A stretch of DNA of 36,761 nt from a virus, in IMG/VR virus record IMGVR_UViG_3300028600_000001, positions 1-36,761 of that record; one strand, 5' to 3'. Every line of letters begins with the position of its first letter. The stretch's first letter is position 1. Position numbers and translations under genes: made by a program. The notes beneath the pieces are model-generated. The model made no database searches. It was not told where the DNA came from and saw nothing but the letters and a program-made list of their open reading frames with translations. Of this stretch, positions 25,782 through 32,823 are shown in pieces.

Positions 25782-26090
25782 ATGGCTAAACTCACTTACA
25801 AACAACGAACAAAACTGGAGCGTAAGCCCAGCAACTTTGCTCTTCCTTCTAAAAAAGAGGGAGAAAGGGATAGATACCCACTCGTAAATGCGCAGGGAAA
25901 ACCCTCCCGCTCTCATGCTGCCAATGCTAAGGCGCGTGCTACTCAGATGTTTGAGAAAGGGAAGCTCACCGCAGGCCAAAGAGCTACCGTGAATCGGAAA
26001 GCAAATGCAGTTCTAAAAGCAACCGCCAAAAAACCTATGGCTACTACCTACACAAAACCAAAGAAAGCGAAAAAGAAAGTTCGTAAGTAA
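25782..26090 (+). CDS. Small basic Lys/Ala-rich protein, 102 aa, possibly DNA-binding
   Basis: Basic throughout, with C-terminal KPKKAKKKVRK. The segment FALPSKK...YPL...SRSHAANAKARATQ is reminiscent of a small phage protein family (uncertain). Confidence 0.6.
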   Translation: MAKLTYKQRTKLERKPSNFALPSKKEGERDRYPLVNAQGKPSRSHAANAKARATQMFEKGKLTAGQRATVNRKANAVLKATAKKPMATTYTKPKKAKKKVRK

Positions 26091-26161
26091 GACTTTCTCC
26101 TTTTTCCTTACTCTTCACTTATACCCCCTCCCAGTATGCGCTAAGGACTGCGCATTAAAAT

Positions 26162-26188
26162 CAAGGGCATGGAGCCCTTGTCTCTTCT
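26162..26188 (+). terminator. Rho-independent-type terminator
   Basis: CAAGGGC-ATGGA-GCCCTTG (7-bp stem) followed by TCTCTTCT. Flanked by further hairpins at 26136-26155 and 26192-26204. Confidence 0.45.
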
Positions 26189-26259
26189 AATCAGGGAGTC
26201 CCTGTGCTTCCTGCTTAGGAGGGTTGCGCCCTATTTTCTCTTCATCTCCTGCTTTTGTG

Positions 26260-26288
26260 TTGACTTACCTGAATAAGTAAAGTAAGTT
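26260..26288 (+). promoter_or_regulatory. Promoter of the repeat-protein cassette, carrying the GTAAAGTAAG motif
   Basis: TTGACT (26260-26265), 17-nt spacer, TAAGTT (26283-26288), within AATAAGTAAAGTAAGTTACTCC. Confidence 0.55.
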
Positions 26289-26328
26289 ACTCCGCATGAA
26301 AGAGACACAAGAATCCAAGGAGAAACAC

Positions 26329-26721
26329 ATGAAAATAGAGTTTCCTTTACCTATCAAGCACAAGAAATCCCCATCTTATTCTAAAAGAGAAGGTCGGTTG
26401 CCGCTGGTAGACACTTCGAAAATGAGTGAAGAAGAAAAATTAGAGCTGGTTAAGTCCCACCCCGCCAACATCCTAAATATAGATAATCCTACTATGGCCT
26501 TAATACAGTTCGCCATTAAGAATCTGGACCCGTCAGGTATTTCCATAAAGTGTAAGAGTGATGAGAGGGGCGTACTAGCAGTCGTCCATTTAAACGAAAA
26601 AAATTCTGAGGAAGTAAAGCTAGCATCGGTGAAACAGGATGGAGATTCGATTAGATACATCAAAAACCCCTCCCCAGCTGTGAAGGCAGCAGCCCGCATA
26701 TCAATGGAGAAGCACAAATGA
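26329..26721 (+). CDS. DUF4116-like repeat protein (130 aa counted from MKIEFPL)
   Basis: AAGGAGA lies 7 nt before the ATG at 26329; the tracked ATG at 26296 would sit at the predicted transcription start. Segments NPTMALIQFAIKN and NSEEVKLASVKQDGDSIRYIKNPSPAVKAAA match the repeats of the next genes. Confidence 0.65.
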   Translation: MKIEFPLPIKHKKSPSYSKREGRLPLVDTSKMSEEEKLELVKSHPANILNIDNPTMALIQFAIKNLDPSGISIKCKSDERGVLAVVHLNEKNSEEVKLASVKQDGDSIRYIKNPSPAVKAAARISMEKHK

Positions 26722-27305
26722 ATCCAACAACTTTCAAAGAAACATTAGAAAAAGCAGAGGGGGGGGACCGAGAAGCGCAATACCAATTGAGTGTTATGTA
26801 TATGAACGGAGAGGGAGTGAAGCAAAACGATGAAAAAGATTTTTATTGGTGCCAGAGGGCCGCAGAAAGCGGACACCCCAACGCCCAATACAACTTAAGC
26901 CTTATGTATATGCAAGGGATTGGAGTTGAGAAAGATCTGGAGAAACAGTTTTATTGGTCTGAGAAGGGCGCGACAAACGGCCACGAAGAAGCCCAATACA
27001 ACTTAAGCGTTATGTATAGGGACGGAATTGGAGTCGAGAAAGATAAAGAGAAAGAGTTTTATTGGCGCCAGAAGGCCGCCGAAGGGGGGTACCCATGCGC
27101 CCAACACAACCTAAGTGTTATGTATCTGGTGGAAAAAGATTTTGAAAATGCCTTTTATTGGGCCGAGAAGGCTGCAAAGGGGGGGAACCACCACGCCCAA
27201 AAAAACTTAAGTCGTATGTATACGAACGGCGACGGCGTTGAAAAAGATGATGAAAAATCTCTTTATTGGTTCAATAAATCTTGGTTTGAAAAGGAGAACT
27301 CATGA
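26718..27305 (+). CDS. Sel1-repeat (SLR/TPR-like) protein, 195 aa, about five repeats
   Basis: Repeated AQY.LS.MY..G.GV.KD..K.FYW..KAA..G units with ~36-aa period. ATGA coupling at both ends. Confidence 0.85.
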   Translation: MNPTTFKETLEKAEGGDREAQYQLSVMYMNGEGVKQNDEKDFYWCQRAAESGHPNAQYNLSLMYMQGIGVEKDLEKQFYWSEKGATNGHEEAQYNLSVMYRDGIGVEKDKEKEFYWRQKAAEGGYPCAQHNLSVMYLVEKDFENAFYWAEKAAKGGNHHAQKNLSRMYTNGDGVEKDDEKSLYWFNKSWFEKENS

Positions 27306-27916
27306 ACAAGACCGAAGTCTCAGCGATGAGCGAGGAGGAGCAGATCGCCCTAGTCAGAACAAATCCTATAGACCTAGAAAGCTACATTGTATACATAAAT
27401 AATCCTTCTGAATCTGTACAAATGGCCTCGGTTAGAAGCGACCCTCTCTCGATACGATACCTCCATAACCCTTCCGAATCCGTTCAAATGGAAGTTGTTA
27501 GAAAGGAAGGATGGGGGCTCGAATGCATCCAAAATCCTTCAGAGGAAGTGAAGCTAGAAGCAGTTAAACAGAATTCATGGGCGATTAAATGCATCCACCA
27601 CCCCTCGGAGGAAATGAAACTCTCAGCTGTCAAACAGAATGGATTTGTGATTTCCTCCATCCAAAACCCCTCGGAGGAAATGAAACTAGCAGCGGTTAAA
27701 CAGAATGGATTGTCGATCCAATGGGTCTTAGACCCTTCCGAAGAAGTTCAAATGGCGGCAGTAAATGAGGACGGACGGGCTATACGATATATCCATCACC
27801 CAAGCGTAGTAGTACAGCTAGCCGCGGTTCACCAGTATGAAACAGCCATCCTATATATCTCTAACCCATGCGAATTAGTTCAAAAAGAACATAAGATATG
27901 CCACCCGGATCACTAA
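27302..27916 (+). CDS. DUF4116-like 23-aa tandem-repeat protein, 204 aa (7-8 repeats)
   Basis: Repeated NPSEEVKLEAVKQNGWAI.YI. units. AAGGAGA lies before the ATG. Confidence 0.75.
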   Translation: MNKTEVSAMSEEEQIALVRTNPIDLESYIVYINNPSESVQMASVRSDPLSIRYLHNPSESVQMEVVRKEGWGLECIQNPSEEVKLEAVKQNSWAIKCIHHPSEEMKLSAVKQNGFVISSIQNPSEEMKLAAVKQNGLSIQWVLDPSEEVQMAAVNEDGRAIRYIHHPSVVVQLAAVHQYETAILYISNPCELVQKEHKICHPDH

Positions 27917-27918
27917 AA

Positions 27919-28392
27919 ATGAACAAGACCGAAGTCTCAGCGATGAGCGAGGAGGATCAGTTAAGGCTAATTAAAGAGAATGGATGGGCGATTGAATACA
28001 TTGAAAACCCTTCAGAGGAAGTGAAGCTGGAAGCGGTTAAAGAGTATGGATGGGAGATTCAACACATCCAAAACCCTTCCGAGGAAGTGAAGCTGGAAGC
28101 GGTTAAAAGTATGGGATGGTCGATTGCATACATCAAAAACCCTTCAGAGGAGATGAAGCTAGCAGCTGTTAACCAGAATGGATGGGCGATTGCATGCATC
28201 AAAAACCCCTCTGAAGCCGTTCAGTTGGCTGCAGTACAACAGGACGGCCATTCCATCGAATGCATCCACAATCCCTCGGAAGCCATTCAGCTAGCAGCAG
28301 TCCAAGAGAACAGCTATTCCATAGACTGGATATCCAACCCCTCTGAAGCCGTGAAGGCAGCCGCCGCATCCAAGCGGGCAAGAGATCCTTAA
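27919..28392 (+). CDS. DUF4116-like 23-aa tandem-repeat protein, 157 aa (about 5 repeats plus a partial one)
   Basis: The first 38 nt (ATGAACAAGACCGAAGTCTCAGCGATGAGCGAGGAGGA) are identical to the start of 27302..27916, favouring the ATG at 27919 over the tracked 27898. Confidence 0.7.
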   Translation: MNKTEVSAMSEEDQLRLIKENGWAIEYIENPSEEVKLEAVKEYGWEIQHIQNPSEEVKLEAVKSMGWSIAYIKNPSEEMKLAAVNQNGWAIACIKNPSEAVQLAAVQQDGHSIECIHNPSEAIQLAAVQENSYSIDWISNPSEAVKAAAASKRARDP

Positions 28393-28409
28393 CAAGTTAA
28401 CGTGCGAGC

Positions 28410-28438
28410 TTGACAACTCTTAATAAGTAAAGTAAAGT
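28410..28438 (+). promoter_or_regulatory. Promoter of the recombination module, carrying the GTAAAGTAAAG motif
   Basis: TTGACA (28410-28415), 17-nt spacer, TAAAGT (28433-28438), within AATAAGTAAAGTAAAGTACTCC. Confidence 0.6.
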
Positions 28439-28467
28439 ACTCCTTATGGATCAGGGAGAATTTAAAG

Positions 28468-29319
28468 ATGTTAACTCAATCAGAACTAGCAGCTCGTAAG
28501 GAAGGAATAGGAGGATCAGACGTAAGTGCACTGCTCGGGCTTAGCCCTTGGAAGAGCGCATTGGATGTCTATCAGGAGAAAACCCAAGAACTTCCCCCTC
28601 AAGAAATTACCCAATGGCAAGAGCTTGGGCACTTGATGGAGAATCAAATTCTAATTCCTTACTACCAACAAAAATACAATAAAGTCATAGAATTTCCTTC
28701 AACTATCAAGCACAAGAAATACCCCTTCATGCTCGCTCACGTGGATGGATTAGACGTAGAGAACAACCGCATTATCGAGTGTAAGAATGTAGGGGGGTAC
28801 AAAAACACAGATAAGTGGGGAGACGCTGGCACTGACCAAGTTCCTTACACGTACCTACTACAATGCATTCATTACATGGAAGTTCTAGAGGTTGAGGAAA
28901 CGTATTTGGTAGCACTCTTCGGCGGAAACTGCATTGAAGTCTTTATCATTAAGAGGAACGAAGAGCTAATAAACAAAGTAATTGAGAAAGAAAAACACTT
29001 CTGGGAGAACCACGTTGTTCCTGAGATTCCTCCGGAGCCTTCCACTCTCACAGACATAAAAAGTTTATATCCTTACTCTACAGAATCAAAAATAGCAGTA
29101 GCAAACACGCAGGTCTTAACGGATATCATCGAGTACCGCGAGTTGGAGCAGCGAAAATGTGGAGTTGAAAAAGAGATGGCTGTTAAAAAGGTAAGCGTTC
29201 AGAAATTCATGAAGGACGCAGAGATTTTAGTCTCACAAAACGAAGAGCAAATAGCTACCTTCAAGCAGACTAAAAAAGGATCTAGAACTTTTAGACTCAA
29301 AAAGAATTTTTTCCAATAA
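28468..29319 (+). CDS. YqaJ-type (lambda-exonuclease-fold) recombination exonuclease, 283 aa
   Basis: N-terminal GIGGSDVSALLGLSPWKSALDVYQEK is the hallmark YqaJ motif. PD-(D/E)XK elements HVDG...IIECK. Paired with RecT. Confidence 0.85.
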   Translation: MLTQSELAARKEGIGGSDVSALLGLSPWKSALDVYQEKTQELPPQEITQWQELGHLMENQILIPYYQQKYNKVIEFPSTIKHKKYPFMLAHVDGLDVENNRIIECKNVGGYKNTDKWGDAGTDQVPYTYLLQCIHYMEVLEVEETYLVALFGGNCIEVFIIKRNEELINKVIEKEKHFWENHVVPEIPPEPSTLTDIKSLYPYSTESKIAVANTQVLTDIIEYRELEQRKCGVEKEMAVKKVSVQKFMKDAEILVSQNEEQIATFKQTKKGSRTFRLKKNFFQ

Positions 29320-29329
29320 CCCTAACCCT

Positions 29330-29674
29330 ATGGAGATAGAAATGAGAAAACCAAACAACAAAACCCTAACTAACGAAGAAACGCTGAGAGAGGTCATGAA
29401 CTTTTGTCACGATATGCAGATGTCCAAAGATTCAATTTTAGATTTACAAAAAAATATGCTGGGAACTTACAAGATTTGTTTTGAGGCAGCAAAAGATGGG
29501 GTTCTCAAGGAGCCCAAAAAAGTTTTAGAAAACCTATTAAAGATGCTCGAGTACTCAAATGGAATTATTTCTTGTGGAAATAGAATCGGCATCCTAAATA
29601 AAGACGTATTCGATCAAATTATGGAAAAGTTTAAAAAGCAGTACGAAGAAAAAGGGGGGAAAAAAGATGCCTAA
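29330..29674 (+). CDS. Hypothetical protein between the exonuclease and RecT genes, 114 aa (or 110 aa from the ATG at 29342)
   Basis: ORF in the operon. GGAGA lies before the second ATG. Confidence 0.55.
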   Translation: MEIEMRKPNNKTLTNEETLREVMNFCHDMQMSKDSILDLQKNMLGTYKICFEAAKDGVLKEPKKVLENLLKMLEYSNGIISCGNRIGILNKDVFDQIMEKFKKQYEEKGGKKDA

Positions 29675-30539
29675 AACCGAGCTGAGCACTTCAAAGAACC
29701 AGCTATCCGTTATAGTGGAGAAGCAAACAGCCTCCTTAAGGAAGGCCCTGCCGAGTCACATCAAGGGACCCTCTTTCGTGCGGTCTCTTCAAACGCAGCT
29801 AAGGCTTATTCCTAAGCTTCAAGAATGCACTCCTTTGTCATTCCTCTCGTGCGCTTACCAGATAGCTCAACTAGGGCTTACGCCTTCACCTTTGCTCGGG
29901 GAATGCTATTTGATCCCCAGGCGTAAAAACGAAAAGAGAGGAACCGAGTGGATTGAGCGCTACCTATGTTCTCTAGTGATTGGCTATAAGGGCCTTATCT
30001 CCTTAGCAACAAGAGGGGGGAACGTACTGGACATCAGCACAGACGCCGTCTACGAAAAGGATGACTTTACGCTTGAAAAAGGAACCCATCCCAAGTGCAT
30101 AAACATCCCATTTGACGGAGAAGATCGTGGTGAATTTAGAGGAGCCTACGCGGTTGCTACTATGAAGAACGGCTTTAAAAAATTCGAGTACATGAGCAGG
30201 CATGAGATCAACAAAATCAGAGATAAGTCGGACGGATATCTAGCAGCCATAAAACCTCAAGGTGAAAAATCTACTTGGAAGAAGCCCAGCAGCCCTTGGA
30301 TAACAGACTACGACGAGATGGCAAAGAAGACCGTAATCAGGAGGCTCTGCAAGACGATTCCTTTCGCTTTAGAGCTCCAGCAAGCCATTTCTTTAGATGA
30401 GATTGGGGATCGCAGCCTATCCATGCAGGGGGAGCATATGCAGGCCTCCATTCCTGAAGGAGAGATACTGGACGCTCAAAGCTTTGACTCTTCTGAGCCA
30501 AGCTCAGCATCTGAGAATCTAAACAAGATTTTGGAGTAA
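29667..30539 (+). CDS. recT: RecT-family single-strand annealing protein, 290 aa
   Basis: ALPSHI...SFLSCAYQIAQLGLTPSPLLGECYLIP...VIGYKGLISLATRGG...FRGAYAVATMKNG aligns closely with E. coli RecT as remembered. Confidence 0.9.
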   Translation: MPKTELSTSKNQLSVIVEKQTASLRKALPSHIKGPSFVRSLQTQLRLIPKLQECTPLSFLSCAYQIAQLGLTPSPLLGECYLIPRRKNEKRGTEWIERYLCSLVIGYKGLISLATRGGNVLDISTDAVYEKDDFTLEKGTHPKCINIPFDGEDRGEFRGAYAVATMKNGFKKFEYMSRHEINKIRDKSDGYLAAIKPQGEKSTWKKPSSPWITDYDEMAKKTVIRRLCKTIPFALELQQAISLDEIGDRSLSMQGEHMQASIPEGEILDAQSFDSSEPSSASENLNKILE

Positions 30540-30551
30540 AGGAGAAATAAA

Positions 30552-30854
30552 ATGCGAAAACTAAGTAAGGACTTGTGGAGCAGATCATGCGATCACTCTT
30601 ATAAAGAATGCTCGGAATGCGCTTATCTAAGAGAGAATAACGTTTATTTAAAAGAGGAGGGTGGAGAAACAAAAGAGATCGGAAATTTAATTGTAAGTAG
30701 AAAGGTAGGAGAAAAAATATACATCGGAGACGATATTTTAGTTCAGATTTATCATATTGGTTCGGCTCCAAATTCAAAAAATAATAACGTAACTGTAGGA
30801 ATTTCAGCCCCTAAGGACATGTCTATACTTAGGGATAACATTAAAAAACTATAA
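30552..30854 (+). CDS. csrA: CsrA/RsmA-family RNA-binding protein with a ~44-aa Cys/His-containing N-terminal extension, 100 aa
   Basis: LIVSRKVGEKIYIGDDILVQIYHIG...NVTVGISAPKDMSILRDNI aligns with E. coli CsrA [59 protein letters not shown] lies before the ATG. Confidence 0.75.
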   Translation: MRKLSKDLWSRSCDHSYKECSECAYLRENNVYLKEEGGETKEIGNLIVSRKVGEKIYIGDDILVQIYHIGSAPNSKNNNVTVGISAPKDMSILRDNIKKL

Positions 30855-30867
30855 ACCGGAGGTAATT

Positions 30868-31491
30868 ATGGGCGAAACAGGGACGCTTATATTAATTGGT
30901 GTAGGAGTAGTAGTAATAATCGTAGCAGCTGTAGTGGCTATAAAATGTTTTAAAAAAAATGCGTTCGAAGAAAAGGTAGAGTTAGAGTTTCAGGTGAAGA
31001 CTGGTCATCTTGTGATGGTAAAGAGAAATAACCTAAAAGATCCTTTTTCATCTATATGCAGCTCTTGCTTTAGGCCTTCTGTTGACATTAAGGTTTTTAA
31101 TTCGGACGCAGAGTATGCGCAATCTGAATGGAAAAATTCTCCCACCCCCATATCTGATGAAGAGGCTAGCACAGGCAATAAGATAGCGGGATATCTCTTT
31201 AAAGCGAGTAAGGCGCTTAGTGATACAGCCTATAAATTAAAGAGAAAATACTCAGATCATAGGGCGAACAGAGGCTTAGAAAGAGAGAGGGAAGATGGGG
31301 GTGTAGAAATATTGGAAGTCAAAGATTCCTCTTCTCTCCTTAGACCTTCAAAGCAGAGTACTCAATGGAAAATAGCGCAAGAAAGAGAGGTTCTTAGAAT
31401 CAACATAGACATCTCTAAAAATATTAAAGATGTCGTGGAAGAAGGTCCTGAGCAGGCTCAAGAAGCTGGGGACATGTACATGAAATTGTAA
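30868..31491 (+). CDS. Single-pass membrane protein, 207 aa, function unknown
   Basis: N-terminal TM LILIGVGVVVIIVAAVVAI followed by a charged soluble region. GGAGG lies before the ATG. Confidence 0.6.
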   Translation: MGETGTLILIGVGVVVIIVAAVVAIKCFKKNAFEEKVELEFQVKTGHLVMVKRNNLKDPFSSICSSCFRPSVDIKVFNSDAEYAQSEWKNSPTPISDEEASTGNKIAGYLFKASKALSDTAYKLKRKYSDHRANRGLEREREDGGVEILEVKDSSSLLRPSKQSTQWKIAQEREVLRINIDISKNIKDVVEEGPEQAQEAGDMYMKL

Positions 31492-31497
31492 AGGCGA

Positions 31498-31797
31498 CTA
31501 CTTTTTCATAAGAAAATTGACCAGGTAATTGTGGCGTATTCGGCACTCCTCATACTTCTTAAAGTTATAATGAGTGGTGTAAATAAGGGTTTGAATACTG
31601 TCATCAGTGAAGAGCCTACGTTTCTCACACTTGATTAGGTAAGTGACCGGAACGCTACTTTTTACCTGGTTCGTCGCTTTGTGAAGCTTGGATATGTGGG
31701 ATGGCGTTAGGATTCGCGAACGAGTTGAGCAACTGGATAACATCAGGACCAAGGTGCTGGCAAGGAGAAGCATCGGCAATTTTTTTAATTTCATCAT
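31498..31797 (-). CDS. Outer-membrane spanin (o-spanin) lipoprotein, 99 aa
   Basis: Signal peptide plus lipobox LMLSS-C. The 5' end overlaps the 3' end of the i-spanin gene in another frame (31655-31797). Confidence 0.55.
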   Translation of the reverse strand: MMKLKKLPMLLLASTLVLMLSSCSTRSRILTPSHISKLHKATNQVKSSVPVTYLIKCEKRRLFTDDSIQTLIYTTHYNFKKYEECRIRHNYLVNFLMKK

Positions 31798-32041
31798 GTC
31801 TAATTTCCTCTAGGCCATCAATGAAATTTTCTACCTCCAATGCTTCCTGCCTCCAAAGTTTCTGAGTTAGAAGAGCTTGTTCGTATAATTGGAATAGGTG
31901 CTCTTCATTATCGTGATATTGCTCAGATACTTGCGTTTGGCACGAAGAAATACCCTCATTATAGCGTGCCTTACCATACATTTTTGTTATGCCAAGAACG
32001 CATATGAAGATAACTAAATATATTCCAAGCCTTAGAAACAC
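31655..32041 (-). CDS. Inner-membrane spanin (i-spanin), 128 aa, GTG start
   Basis: AGGAGG lies 4 nt before the GTG. N-terminal TM LGIYLVIFICVLGI and a helical periplasmic domain. Directly downstream of the transglycosylase gene. Confidence 0.55.
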   Translation of the reverse strand: MFLRLGIYLVIFICVLGITKMYGKARYNEGISSCQTQVSEQYHDNEEHLFQLYEQALLTQKLWRQEALEVENFIDGLEEIRHDEIKKIADASPCQHLGPDVIQLLNSFANPNAIPHIQASQSDEPGKK

Positions 32042-32049
32042 TGAACCTC

Positions 32050-32676
32050 CTATCTAGCTAGCATCTGTGGTAACCATTTGTAAAAAATATTATCTACGTA
32101 TTCAATCGTCTCCTTGCTATGTGAACCGGTTACTTTATATAGGTAAGAGATTATTTTTTTATACCCTTTCGCGCCTCCAGAAAGTTCTTGGGCCTTTAAG
32201 ACGTTACCCACACCTGAGTTATAGCTAGCCAAAGCAAGCTTATACCTATCAATCTTGCTTCTTTTTTCTTTCCATATTTTATTAAGAGCGTTCATATAAA
32301 GAGCTGCAGCTCTAATAGAACTTTCAGGATTCCAGGGGGTTTTTAAGTCCATGTATTTTTTCTTCATGTCCTTCCACGTAGGAGGCATGAATTGGCACAG
32401 GCCTACGGCACCAACAGGAGAGACAGCTTTTGGCTTCAGGCGGCTTTCTTGCCAACACTGAGCTTTTAAAAGTTGCCAAGGGGTTCCGGGCGGCAGGAAA
32501 ATAGATGCCGACTTGAAATAATGGTCGTATTTCTTAGGAAAGACAGAAGCCGACGAGGAGGCAAACGCCAATAAGCTGAGCAGACAAATAAAGAGCCTTG
32601 TCATGTGACGTAGTAGAAGAATCATTCCACCATCTTGAAACAGAACTCTTGTTTTTTTTATCGGATAATCTAGCAT
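32050..32676 (-). CDS. Lytic transglycosylase (SLT domain) endolysin with an N-terminal signal or signal-anchor, 208 aa
   Basis: Catalytic motif CWQESRL..., VGAVGLCQFMPPTW, AALYMN, ASYNSG. N-terminal LFICLLSLLAFASSSA. Confidence 0.85.
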   Translation of the reverse strand: MLDYPIKKTRVLFQDGGMILLLRHMTRLFICLLSLLAFASSSASVFPKKYDHYFKSASIFLPPGTPWQLLKAQCWQESRLKPKAVSPVGAVGLCQFMPPTWKDMKKKYMDLKTPWNPESSIRAAALYMNALNKIWKEKRSKIDRYKLALASYNSGVGNVLKAQELSGGAKGYKKIISYLYKVTGSHSKETIEYVDNIFYKWLPQMLAR

Positions 32677-32794
32677 TTAATGCCCTCAATGTGCCAAATG
32701 CACAGAGTGCGCCGATCGTAACTAGGAGCAGCTTAAACATTTCTTGAAAAAGAATCGCAGTTATAGTATCCATATCTATCATATAGTATATCAT
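32534..32794 (-). CDS. Candidate holin / small membrane protein, 86 aa
   Basis: Position immediately upstream of the endolysin. Hydrophobic segments FKLLLVTIGALCAFGTL and LIGVCLLVGFCL. It overlaps the endolysin ORF by 143 nt, so its extent is uncertain. Confidence 0.35.
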   Translation of the reverse strand: MIYYMIDMDTITAILFQEMFKLLLVTIGALCAFGTLRALNARLSDKKNKSSVSRWWNDSSTTSHDKALYLSAQLIGVCLLVGFCLS

Positions 32795-32823
32795 ACCCCC
32801 GAATTTTTTTAAGAAATCACACT

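Noticed and set aside
25665-25979. 104-aa minus-strand ORF spanning the divergent promoter region.
   Set aside because: It covers both predicted promoters and runs antisense through the 5' half of the basic-protein gene. It has no ribosome site.
26296-26328. Leaderless translation from the tracked ATG at 26296, which coincides with the predicted transcription start.
   Set aside because: An in-frame ATG at 26329 has a canonical AAGGAGA ribosome site at the correct spacing, making the shorter ORF the simpler interpretation.
26329-28392. Regular ~69-bp nucleotide periodicity that could be mistaken for a CRISPR-like or satellite array.
   Set aside because: The periodicity is the 23-aa protein repeat of intact ORFs. 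The units are diverged, have no spacer structure, and stay in frame.
30337-30777. 146-aa minus-strand ORF.
   Set aside because: It is antisense to the well-supported recT 3' end and the csrA gene and has low-complexity Leu/Ser/Pro composition. Shadow ORF. The same applies to 26376..26717, 28199..28381, 28872..29057 and 30003..30203, which are antisense to the repeat, exonuclease and RecT genes.
32652-32659. A8 tract in the holin-candidate/endolysin overlap as a second programmed frameshift site.
   Set aside because: A fusion product would place an extra TM segment ahead of an already complete signal peptide, which is not an obviously sensible protein. The endolysin also has its own GAGGG ribosome site and ATG. 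Noted within the lysis finding only.
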